This document shows, piece after piece, positions 52,365 to 60,830 of a DNA stretch of 64,000 nucleotides (position 1 is its first letter; every line of letters begins with the position of its first letter). The DNA is taken from contig JBBABB010000001.1 in the NCBI GenBank assembly GCA_041657885.1, positions 65,094 through 129,093 of the forward strand, given 5' to 3'. The DNA comes from Minisyncoccota bacterium (GTDB lineage Bacteria > Patescibacteriota > Minisyncoccia > Phycocordibacterales > UBA9973). A program made the translations under genes and the position numbers. The notes below the pieces were generated by a model that was given only the letters and a program-made list of their open reading frames with translations, was not told the origin of the DNA and did not search any database.

Positions 52365-52721
52365 GGATCGAACCTACGACCAATCGCTTACACTTTATCT
52401 CCTATTACTAGAAGTGTGGACTATATCATCTCCATGTTCATAATTTTATGAATTTAGGAGCAAGGCGCTTCCCATCCGATTATTACCGGAAAGTACTCCC
52501 CGAAAGGATAGTCTCTACACCTTCCTCGATTTTGTGTCGAGGCTTGGCTCGGGATTACCCTAGGCTAAATCAATTATAAATAATTGATCGCCCGAACTTT
52601 TGTTTTCAAAAGTTTTTAGGGGCTTCCCCGAATTCACCTTGTTTTTCATCCTACTTTTCAATAGAAAGCTGCGTAAATTTTCTTTCCACAGGCGATCGCT
52701 CTACCGCTGAGCTACCACGGA
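52353..52721 (-). tRNA. tRNA-Asn(GTT) interrupted by a group I intron (exons 52721-52688 and 52390-52353)
   Basis: Spliced: TCCGTGGTAGCTCAGCGGTAGAGCGATCGCCTGT^TAAGCGATTGGTCGTAGGTTCGATCCCTACCCACGGAG. Confidence 0.92.
52391..52687 (-). ncRNA. Group I intron (297 nt, no ORF) between anticodon positions 35 and 36
   Basis: 5' exon ends in U pairing with IGS GCAG; terminal G; core motifs GAATTCGGGGAA, AATCCCGAGCC, GTAGAGACTA, GATATAGTCC. Confidence 0.88.
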
Positions 52722-52928
52722 ATGTATCTACTTATAAAGTAGATGTGGTTATAATATCAAAAAAATATCCAAAAAGCAAAGTAAAATGATAATATAAATA
52801 TGGAAAGATAACCTACCCACAAAAATTGCTTTTTTTTATAAATAGTTGTATAGTTAGAACATTAACAATAAGCCTATATATTAATTATATGTTTTGTTGA
52901 TATTATTAATAATAAAAAAATAAAAAAT

Positions 52929-53189
52929 ATGTTACAAGAAAAAATTCCTTCAATATTTACTCTTACTCCGGAGTATCAAAGTGCTAATTTAGAATTTACA
53001 GAAGCTATGGAAAATCCAAAGCTTGATTTAGGTGAAAAACTTAAAAAGCTTGAGAATCTTGCAGATCAAATGGGAACGAATCCTCAGAATATTAAACATT
53101 TTAATGATACTATTTTGGAACGCTGGGTTAAAATTAAAAATCCAGAGCTTTATAAAGCTTACCAAAATACTGTATTAGAAGCTGCATAA
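52929..53189 (+). CDS. Hypothetical protein
   Basis: 86-aa ORF with upstream promoter-like sequence. Confidence 0.55.
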   Translation: MLQEKIPSIFTLTPEYQSANLEFTEAMENPKLDLGEKLKKLENLADQMGTNPQNIKHFNDTILERWVKIKNPELYKAYQNTVLEAA

Positions 53190-53264
53190 ACTAAATTAAA
53201 AAACTCACAAGAACCATTCTTGCTAGGTTCAGAAAAGTAGGCAGACCAAAGAATGGTGGCTGAC

Positions 53265-53310
53265 CCCAATTCCAATTCCCAATTCCCAATTCTTCCAATT
53301 CTTGATTCTT
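53265..53310. repeat. Degenerate (C)CCAATT tandem repeat
   Basis: CCCAATTCCAATTCCCAATTCCCAATTCTTCCAATTCTT directly abutting the GGAGC core. Confidence 0.6.
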
Positions 53311-53374
53311 GGAGCCTGATTTCAAGCCTTATTTTACAAGGCTTATTTTTCCTGCCTTAGTAGAAGTTCGAACC
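53311..53374 (-). repeat. att-like core + arm B
   Basis: Reverse complement matches 43789-43852 with identical 59-bp spacing. Confidence 0.85.
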
Positions 53375-53439
53375 TATTGACTTTACAAACTGAAAAATGT
53401 AATGTAAAGAAAAATATTCACATATAAATAATTATTAAA

Positions 53440-53907
53440 ATGGAAGAAATTCAGAGCTTTAGACCTTGTGAAATAAATGTTGAAAAACCGACATTAATTC
53501 GCAAAGACCAAAATGGTATTCAGGTTTGGTTACAATGGTTTGGTGAAGCAAGAGAAGAAAATTTGTCTCATAAACAATTTCTCTTTCCAATCAATGCTAA
53601 CATTCAAGACTTTTTCTTCCAGCCAGAAAGTTTTGAAATAATAATGGTTGGTCCTGTAAAAAATTGGCCAGAAAAAAAGATTGTAAATTATTTGGCCGAA
53701 AAACTAGGAGGTGAAAATAAAATAATTATTTATTTCATTTCCTCTAAGTTTGGGGTTGATGATGGTAATGGTGGAACTATTCCTGTCGCGGGGGTTTTGC
53801 CACTGAACATTACTTTGATAGATCCAAATTATGGGATAATAAATCCTAAAGAATTTTTTAAAGACTCAGTTCGCCTTGAAGCTATCAGAAAATTTCAGGA
53901 AAATTAA
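53440..53907 (+). CDS. Hypothetical protein (single-gene cassette between arm B and arm A)
   Basis: 155-aa ORF; promoter abuts arm B; terminator before arm A. Confidence 0.6.
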   Translation: MEEIQSFRPCEINVEKPTLIRKDQNGIQVWLQWFGEAREENLSHKQFLFPINANIQDFFFQPESFEIIMVGPVKNWPEKKIVNYLAEKLGGENKIIIYFISSKFGVDDGNGGTIPVAGVLPLNITLIDPNYGIINPKEFFKDSVRLEAIRKFQEN

Positions 53908-54013
53908 ATTGCCTGCCAAAAGAAGACCCTCCTTCTCTCGGCGGGTTTTTTTTGTGAATATGTGCACATTGTGAACTTCCTAGAAGGGTATGTCTACTTA
54001 GTTAGGATAGTTA

Positions 54014-54039
54014 TTCGAACATCCTCCCAAGTTCGGAGC
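54014..54039 (-). repeat. att-like arm A (inverted)
   Basis: TTCGAACATCCTCCCAAGTTCGGAGC followed immediately by TTGACT. Confidence 0.9.
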
Positions 54040-54180
54040 TTGACTTTTTAATTAAAATATGCTATCATCATAAAGGTAGTAGTTCTTTGGAATTGGGATT
54101 TTGTGTTGTATTAGTTGGATTATTTTTGTTTCTAAGGTTTAAAGATGGAAATAATTCAATTAATTTAAACTAAATCTTTT

Positions 54181-54585
54181 ATGAAAACAAAAGTAATTGA
54201 CCTCAAGCCAGTGTTTTTAATGAGTAATCAGGATTTTATTAAAAGCATACAAAAATGTTTTGACATCCTTAATGTTGTCTTAAAGATTAAATCTTTGGTT
54301 TCCCATAATCCTCTTTTTATAAAAGAAAAAAATGGAAAAATATATGTCGGCTACAAACCTCTTTCAAAAGGAAAGACCCACTTTTTTTCTAATGAGTTTA
54401 TCAATCCGGAATATGATCTGGCCACTAGAATCGCTATTATACAATTGGCAATTTTTGAGGAATGCAAAGAATATGACTGTTATAAGGAAGTTCCAATGCA
54501 TGGCGCTCCCGAAGAAGGAACAGACACGTTCTTCAAATTTGTTCTCAATAACACTGAATATACATATAAACTCTGGTATGCTTAG
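54181..54585 (+). CDS. Hypothetical protein (cassette)
   Basis: 134-aa ORF. Confidence 0.55.
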   Translation: MKTKVIDLKPVFLMSNQDFIKSIQKCFDILNVVLKIKSLVSHNPLFIKEKNGKIYVGYKPLSKGKTHFFSNEFINPEYDLATRIAIIQLAIFEECKEYDCYKEVPMHGAPEEGTDTFFKFVLNNTEYTYKLWYA

Positions 54586-54691
54586 TGTTTGGTAATTAAA
54601 TTGTTAAACCCACTCTTTTTGATTGATCGGGTTTTCTTTTTATCTAAGTATAGTAAGTTACAAGATAAGATAAAAATGATAGAATGGATTT

Positions 54692-55120
54692 ATGAAAGAT
54701 GATGCATTGTTTTGTATAGGGCAAAAGGCATTTATTGAAAAAGATGGAAAAGTATTAGTTCTAAATGATCCTACTGAGGGGTTAGATTTTCCTGGTGGAA
54801 AAATACAAGAAGGAGAAGCTGTAGATGGTGACAGGACTAGTTTGATAAAATCTTTAAAAAGGGAAGTAAAAGAAGAAACTAGCTTGGAGATAGAAGTTAA
54901 TGATCCTTTTGCTGTTTGGTATCATGAGTTTAGTGATAAAGGTCATAGAAACTATGGAAAAGTAGTTTATCTTGTAGGATTTAAATGTAAATATGTTTCA
55001 GGAGAGATAAAATTAAGTAGTGAGCATGATAATTTTAAGTGGGTAAATAAAAATAATTACAAAGATGTTGATGATGATAGTGATTATTTTGATATATTAG
55101 AAAAATATTTTACTAAATAA
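54692..55120 (+). CDS. NUDIX hydrolase
   Basis: FPGGKIQEGE..LKREVKEETSL; LSSEH..FKWV. Confidence 0.88.
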   Translation: MKDDALFCIGQKAFIEKDGKVLVLNDPTEGLDFPGGKIQEGEAVDGDRTSLIKSLKREVKEETSLEIEVNDPFAVWYHEFSDKGHRNYGKVVYLVGFKCKYVSGEIKLSSEHDNFKWVNKNNYKDVDDDSDYFDILEKYFTK

Positions 55121-55382
55121 AATATGGTTATAGACATAGAGCTTACTTTGAATAGGTTTGGGTTTGGAAAAATTTCTGAAAATAAATTTCAATTCTTATT
55201 TTTTAGATTTTCTAAATGGAAAATTCCAAATAAATACTCTATTTCTTTTGAAATAAATTGGCGAAAAAAAGAATAAATTTCCCCAAGAACTTTACTTACA
55301 GCTAGTATAATAACTAGCTTTTTTGTTTGACATTTTTGGTTTTTTGATGTAAAATCTCTTTAAATATTAAAAAACAAAAAAA

Positions 55383-56042
55383 ATGAAAAAATCGGTCAAA
55401 AAGGCCAGTTTTTTCTCTGGCCAGGTTCATAGACTTCTGAATAAAATTTTAAAAGGAATGAAAAGAAGAAAAGAAATTTATTCTTTTACTTCTGTCTTAT
55501 CCCAGTTGGGAGCAAAAAATCTATTGGCTTCTTTCAGGGTTTTTACTTCTGAAAATAGGTTTTTTGAGATTCTATTTAAGGAAGCAATTACTTTCAGCCC
55601 ATCACACGGAGCTGAAGTAGGGGAATGTTATGGATGGAAAGTGGTGATTTTGTTAGGCAAGAATTATACTGCCAAAAAAATCAATTATATTATATTGAAT
55701 GAAATTAAAAGTAGAAGAGTTGGGCAAAAGGTGGAAGAATCATGCCGTAAAGCTATTCAATACCTTATTGATCACGATGAAGAAGTAGGGTCCATTATCT
55801 TCTCTATAAAGATTTCAACCGATACAGAAGACAGGGACTGGAAAATTGACCTTTTTTTGGAAACACAAAAAGGTAATGTTCCGCTCCAAATAAAATCTAG
55901 TCTTATGGGGCAAGTTTCTCATAAGATTAACGACCATAGAGTTACATCACTAGTTTTTAAGGAGAAGATGGAAACTAGTGAATTGAAGGATAAGATTCTT
56001 TTGATTTGCAAATCTTATCCAAAAATTATTGAACATTTGTAA
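55383..56042 (+). CDS. Hypothetical protein with C-terminal PD-(D/E)xK nuclease-like motif
   Basis: G..VE ... ED...KIDL ... LQIKSS. Confidence 0.5.
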   Translation: MKKSVKKASFFSGQVHRLLNKILKGMKRRKEIYSFTSVLSQLGAKNLLASFRVFTSENRFFEILFKEAITFSPSHGAEVGECYGWKVVILLGKNYTAKKINYIILNEIKSRRVGQKVEESCRKAIQYLIDHDEEVGSIIFSIKISTDTEDRDWKIDLFLETQKGNVPLQIKSSLMGQVSHKINDHRVTSLVFKEKMETSELKDKILLICKSYPKIIEHL

Positions 56043-56104
56043 AGGGGCTTCTTGTATTTTATACAGAAGCCCTTTTTTTTTAATAATTATTTAATCATTT
56101 TAGG

Positions 56105-56213
56105 TTTCCACTTCGTTCCAAGTGCGGAGCCTATGGGCGAGGCAAGTTCTGAGCCTCAAAATAAACCTTATAAATCAAGGCTTATTTTTCCTACCTCAGT
56201 AGAAGTTCGAACC
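56105..56213 (-). repeat. Composite att-like junction: arm A variant, core, 24-bp unit, GCTCA core, arm B
   Basis: GGAGCCTATGGGCGAGGCAAGTTCTGAGC shared with 58237-58265; arm B at 59-bp spacing. Confidence 0.85.
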
Positions 56214-56377
56214 TGATTGACAGATTAGAAAATTTATTGATATAATTACCAAAACATTGAAAACAAGTCCTATTTTTGTATTTCTTTTTGGTCAATAAAG
56301 TTAAATTAAAATTTATAGTAAATTTTAAACCATTAAGCAAAATATGAATTTTAGGCAAGAAAGGAGGAAAAGCCATC

Positions 56378-56458
56378 ATGAAACCGGGGATTATAAAAAA
56401 GGTAAAAAAACGCGTCAAAGTACGCATAGGAAAAGGAAGTTGTTGTATCTGCGATTAA
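56378..56458 (+). CDS. Putative RiPP precursor MKPGIIKKVKKRVKVRIGKGSCCICD
   Basis: Translated by hand; AAGGAGG upstream; own promoter; hairpin 56478-56512 before the rSAM gene. Confidence 0.7.
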   Translation: MKPGIIKKVKKRVKVRIGKGSCCICD

Positions 56459-56549
56459 GTAGAGACGACTGTCAAAAATAGGGGAGAATATTTTTTAAAA
56501 ATTCTCCCCTATAAATATTTTAGTTTATAGATTTAAAAAGGAGGTTAAA

Positions 56550-57629
56550 ATGGAATGTAAATTTGAGACACCTCTTTTGGAAGTAGAGATTAGAGATACC
56601 ATCTATGAAATAGAATTTGGTCAAATCCAACTCGAAATTACAGGAAGGTGTAATATGAATTGCCAACATTGCAGAGCAGATCATCAACTTAGGCGGGATA
56701 TGCCAATTGAGCAAATCATTAAAATTATCAGGTTTGCACGCCAGTTTAGTCCTAACTATAAAGAAATTATTATTTCTGGCGGAGAACCTTTAATTCATAA
56801 AAATATTAATGATGTGCTGAAGCAAGTGCGTACTAATGGGGGTGAGTTTATTACCCTGACGACTAATGGTTCACTATTAACTAAAGAACATTTAAATTTG
56901 ATTCGAGATTTATCTTTTCAACGCTTTGTGCTTTCTGTAAGCCTTGATAGTCTTGATTCAAACCAACACGACAATTTTCGTTGTTATGATGGAGCCTTTT
57001 TAAAGGCTGTTGGCTCTTTACGTTTAGTAGCTGAATATAATTTACCAAACCTTGTTGCTTCAATGAGATCAACAATCCAAGCTTCACAAATTAGTGAAAT
57101 GGAAGAAATGGTAAACTTTGCTAAAAACATTGGATGTAAAAGAGTTAGCTTTTCTGCAATTCATCCATCAGGGAAAGCTATCAAACGCGAAGATCTCTGG
57201 ATGAATAAAGATCAAAAACTAGCTTTTATTAAGGAAGTTTATCGTCTTAAATTATTATTTCCTGAAATAAATGTAACCACAAATGATCCATTAAAATGTT
57301 TAATTCGTGGGAAAAATGATTTAGGTAAAGAGAACGAGATAGTTTTTGATGGTTGTGGTGCTGCGGCTATTACTTTCAATGTGAATTCCGACGGAACAAT
57401 GACCCCATGTGCACTCTTAAACATTCCAATGATGAATGTTTTTCCTTTAAGTATTAAAGAAATTACCAAAAAATATCAAGAAAGTGAAATTGTTAAAAAT
57501 ATGTTAGAAATGAATCTTAAAGGGAAATGTGGAGATTGTAAGATCAAATATCAGTGCGGTGGTTGTCGTGCTCGTGCTTTAATCCAAAATGGAGATTATT
57601 TGGGTGAAGATCCTCATTGTTGGATATAA
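56550..57629 (+). CDS. Radical SAM protein with SPASM domain
   Basis: CNMNCQHC, SGGEP, TTNG; GCGAA..NSDG..TPC..CGDC...QCGGCRA..DPHC. Confidence 0.92.
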   Translation: MECKFETPLLEVEIRDTIYEIEFGQIQLEITGRCNMNCQHCRADHQLRRDMPIEQIIKIIRFARQFSPNYKEIIISGGEPLIHKNINDVLKQVRTNGGEFITLTTNGSLLTKEHLNLIRDLSFQRFVLSVSLDSLDSNQHDNFRCYDGAFLKAVGSLRLVAEYNLPNLVASMRSTIQASQISEMEEMVNFAKNIGCKRVSFSAIHPSGKAIKREDLWMNKDQKLAFIKEVYRLKLLFPEINVTTNDPLKCLIRGKNDLGKENEIVFDGCGAAAITFNVNSDGTMTPCALLNIPMMNVFPLSIKEITKKYQESEIVKNMLEMNLKGKCGDCKIKYQCGGCRARALIQNGDYLGEDPHCWI

Positions 57630-57694
57630 GTTTTATAAAAATATATGGTCGTTTTTAAACGACCATTATTTTTTTATATGATATAATATAAAAT

Positions 57695-58165
57695 ATGAAT
57701 ATTTATTTAAAAAAATTTATAGATAAAAAATTTAAAATAGTTGGTAAATCTCTAGATTTAGGTGCTGGTAATTTTTTTGATGTTGCTTGTTTAAAGCAAT
57801 TAGGTTGGAAAAGCAAAGGGGTTGATCTTCGAACAGGAATCGACCTAGAAAAACGCTTTATTTCAAAAAATAAACCATTCGATTTGATTTATTCAAACTA
57901 TGTAATACATAAAATAAAAAATAAAAAACAATTTATTAAAACGATTTATGTTAATTTAAAAGAAAAAGGTTGGCTTTTTATCCACACTTTTGATAAAACT
58001 GATGTCAATAGTACTTCAAATTTATCCAGTGATAATTTGCAAGAACTATTGGAAAAACAAGGATTTAAAAAAATTAAAATAAAGGTTTTTAAATATTATG
58101 ACAATGAAGATGGACATAAGCATTGGCATAAAATCTTGGAAGCAACAGCCCAAAAATTAGTTTAG
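57695..58165 (+). CDS. Class I SAM-dependent methyltransferase
   Basis: LDLGAG, FDLIYS..VIH, LKEKG. Confidence 0.8.
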   Translation: MNIYLKKFIDKKFKIVGKSLDLGAGNFFDVACLKQLGWKSKGVDLRTGIDLEKRFISKNKPFDLIYSNYVIHKIKNKKQFIKTIYVNLKEKGWLFIHTFDKTDVNSTSNLSSDNLQELLEKQGFKKIKIKVFKYYDNEDGHKHWHKILEATAQKLV

Positions 58166-58214
58166 ATAAAGACTAAGAGTCTGATTTTGATATAGTCAGT
58201 CTTTTTTAATACTC

Positions 58215-58265
58215 ATTTGAACATCCTCCCACGTTCGGAGCCTATGGGCGAGGCAAGTTCTGAGC
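58215..58265 (-). repeat. att-like arm A plus double core
   Basis: TTTGAACATCCTCCCACGTTCGGAGC-CTATGGGCGAGGCAAGTTCTGAGC. Confidence 0.85.
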
Positions 58266-58304
58266 ATTTATAGGTATTACGAAATATTGTGGTATAATTT
58301 AAAT

Positions 58305-58760
58305 ATGAAAAATAATAAAATTATATATATTGTTATAGCTGTTTTAGTTATCGGTGGTGGATTGTTTTTCTTTTTAGGTAATAAGGGAAGACAACAAGAA
58401 AATAAAACTAATCAAGAAGCAACAACGACGCCGTCAACTGCATCTCAAGTTTCGCTAGATGATAAAACAATGGTTGATTGTGGTCTGGCAAAAGACCCTA
58501 TGTGTTTTATAAATAGAATGAATGAATGTTTACCGGTAACTGTTAAAATGACAGGGTCAGATAATACAACAAACATAGAAATGATTGTACTAGGAGTAGA
58601 AAATGAAGCATGTCATTTCCAGAGAAAAATAAATAATGTCATAGACCTTGATTGTTTTTTCCCAAAAGGAACTATGAATGGGAATACTCTTGACCAGACC
58701 TTTGGGAATGATAAAGGTCTGCAAAAAGTAGTTGATGATGCTTGTAAGAAGGGGTGGTAA
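58305..58760 (+). CDS. Membrane-anchored Cys-containing hypothetical protein
   Basis: N-terminal TM, six Cys; TATAAT 6 nt before ATG. Confidence 0.6.
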   Translation: MKNNKIIYIVIAVLVIGGGLFFFLGNKGRQQENKTNQEATTTPSTASQVSLDDKTMVDCGLAKDPMCFINRMNECLPVTVKMTGSDNTTNIEMIVLGVENEACHFQRKINNVIDLDCFFPKGTMNGNTLDQTFGNDKGLQKVVDDACKKGW

Positions 58761-58762
58761 TT

Positions 58763-58826
58763 AAGACCAATATTTTAGCCATATTTTATAATGGTTATTT
58801 TTGGTACCCTATATAGATTACGAACT
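58763..58826 (-). repeat. Degenerate arm B
   Basis: CCATATTTTATAATGGTTATTTTT identical to the reverse complement of 43813-43836; same overall length. Confidence 0.65.
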
Positions 58827-58842
58827 GTGATATAATTTACAT

Positions 58843-59292
58843 ATGAAAATTGAAAGTGATATTTTTGTAAATAATAGCAGTATTCCTATCGAATATACTT
58901 GTGACGGAAAAGGAATACAACCCCCGCTTAAAATATCTGGTGTGCCAGCAGAAGCAAAAAGTTTAGCGCTTATTGTTGATGACCCTGATGCCCCGAGTGG
59001 AGATTTCGTGCATTGGATAGTTTGGAATATTGACCCTAATATATCTGTTATTGAAAACAGCAATGTTTCCACTGGCGCAGTAGAGGGTTATACAAGTTTA
59101 AATAAGTCGGGCTTCGTTGCCCCTTGCCCTCCGTCTGGCATCCACCATTACAATTTTAAACTTTATGCCCTTGATACTATCCTCTCAATTCCGAAGTCCT
59201 CAAATAAAGCCGACCTTGTTCGGGCTATGGATAAACACATTATTAACAATGCAACCCTTGTCGGTTTATACGAACGGAATAAAACACAATGA
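58843..59292 (+). CDS. YbhB/YbcL (PEBP) family protein
   Basis: YTCDG..PPL, LIVDDPDAP..FVHW, PCPPSG.HHY.F..YALD. Confidence 0.92.
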   Translation: MKIESDIFVNNSSIPIEYTCDGKGIQPPLKISGVPAEAKSLALIVDDPDAPSGDFVHWIVWNIDPNISVIENSNVSTGAVEGYTSLNKSGFVAPCPPSGIHHYNFKLYALDTILSIPKSSNKADLVRAMDKHIINNATLVGLYERNKTQ

Positions 59293-59915
59293 ATAAAAAA
59301 GAACTCATTAAAGAACTTGAAGATAGGGGAATCAGAGAAGAAATACTAAAAGTCATAGAAAAAGTTGATAGAAAAGATTTTATTTTGGAGAAAAATTTAA
59401 ATGAAGTTTATGAAGACCACCCTCTTTCCATTGGATACGGGCAAACGATAAGTCAACCATATACTGTAGCTTTCATGTTGCAGGAGCTTGAGCTAAAAAA
59501 GGGTGACAAAGTTTTAGAAATTGGAACGGGTAGTGGATGGAATGCCGCTTTGATTTCCGATATTATCGGAGAAGAAGGAAAAATTTACAGTGTTGAAATT
59601 GTAAAAGAACTTGCTGAAAAGGCGAAAGAAAAATTAAAAAAATATAAAAATATTGTTGTTTTAAATACAGATGCCTCGCATGGGCTTGCCGAATATGCTC
59701 CATATAATAAAATAATTTTAACCGCAGCCCCAAAGAAAATTGCTGAAGAGTTCAAAGAACAACTAGCTGATGAGGGAATTTTACTTGCACCAGTGGGAGA
59801 ACATATCCAAAAACTTATAAAAATAACAAGAGAAAAAAATAATTTTACAGAAACAGAAAATGGAGATTTTGTCTTTGTCCCACTAGTAAGCGGAACAGGG
59901 AACTGTATATATTAA
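59289..59915 (+). CDS. pcm: Protein-L-isoaspartate O-methyltransferase
   Basis: IGYGQTISQP, VLEIGTGSGW, APY, FVPL. Confidence 0.92.
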   Translation: MNKKELIKELEDRGIREEILKVIEKVDRKDFILEKNLNEVYEDHPLSIGYGQTISQPYTVAFMLQELELKKGDKVLEIGTGSGWNAALISDIIGEEGKIYSVEIVKELAEKAKEKLKKYKNIVVLNTDASHGLAEYAPYNKIILTAAPKKIAEEFKEQLADEGILLAPVGEHIQKLIKITREKNNFTETENGDFVFVPLVSGTGNCIY

Positions 59916-59916
59916 A

Positions 59917-60000
59917 TTTCCACTCCAGACAAAGAGCACCAAAATTAACCTTTATAACACAAGACTTATTTTTTCTACCTTAATAATAGAAGTTCGAATC
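59917..60000 (-). repeat. Degenerate att-like core + arm B
   Basis: AGAGC..CTTATTTTTTCTACCTTAATAATAGAAGTTCGAATC. Confidence 0.7.
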
Positions 60001-60020
60001 TTGTGATATAATTAAAATGT

Positions 60021-60494
60021 ATGAACAAAAAATTTATTATAGCGATGATTAAGGTTATTACTCTTTGTATTATCATTTTTGCAGTCAGTACTTTTTTTAT
60101 TTATGACGTAAAAATTATTGGCTGGGTTATATTTGCTTTAGGATTATTATGTCTTGTTTCTCTAACTCTTTTTAATATTTTAATAAAAAACGTATGGCCA
60201 GATATTATATTTGGTTTGATTGATAATGGTATTTTAGCTATCTTAGCAGTTATTGGTGGAGCAATAGCGGGTGTAGCTGGTGCAATTATTGGTGGTGTAG
60301 TGGGTAATGCAATTACCGATGGAATTGCTGGTGTCTTTGAAGGCCATATGGCAGAAAGATTAAGAGAAAAGAAAATATCTGAAGAGAGAACGACACTTGG
60401 TTCAGCTATAGGAAAGATGGCTGGTTGCCTTTTAGGAGCTGGAGTAGTATTGATAATAGCAAACTTTATTAACCCTTTATTTATTCTTAGATAA
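60021..60494 (+). CDS. Hypothetical membrane protein
   Basis: Multiple TM helices; FGLIDNG, GNAITDG. Confidence 0.65.
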   Translation: MNKKFIIAMIKVITLCIIIFAVSTFFIYDVKIIGWVIFALGLLCLVSLTLFNILIKNVWPDIIFGLIDNGILAILAVIGGAIAGVAGAIIGGVVGNAITDGIAGVFEGHMAERLREKKISEERTTLGSAIGKMAGCLLGAGVVLIIANFINPLFILR

Positions 60495-60574
60495 TGTTAT
60501 AATTAGTATTATTAGTTAAACAAAAAATTAGAAGGTTCTCTTTAGTTTTATTTTTAAAGTAGTATAATATAAAT

Positions 60575-60817
60575 ATGAGTAAAAAATATATAATTGTGGG
60601 CTCAGTATTATTAGTTTTGGTTTTGGTCGGAGTGGGTTATTATTATTGGAAAAGCAAGACACAAAAATCGGCCACGGAAGTCGCCGGGGACGTTTCTGTT
60701 GGTGTTTTGCCTGCAATGGATTCAGGTGCAATTAATCCTTTGGAAAGTGCACAGAGCGCGAATCCTTATGATAAAGCCAATCCTTTTTCTAGTATAAAAA
60801 TTAATCCTTTTGAATAA
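60575..60817 (+). CDS. Small membrane-anchored protein
   Basis: TM helix followed by repeated NP(F/Y) motifs. Confidence 0.6.
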   Translation: MSKKYIIVGSVLLVLVLVGVGYYYWKSKTQKSATEVAGDVSVGVLPAMDSGAINPLESAQSANPYDKANPFSSIKINPFE

Positions 60818-60830
60818 TTTTAAAAATATT

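Noticed and set aside
40019-58265. 26-bp repeats as a CRISPR array
   Set aside because: Copies are kilobases apart, in both orientations, separated by whole genes; no cas genes in the window
40019-60000. Classical integron (IntI/attC)
   Set aside because: No tyrosine integrase in the window; sites lack the full-length attC hairpin, and cassettes carry their own promoters
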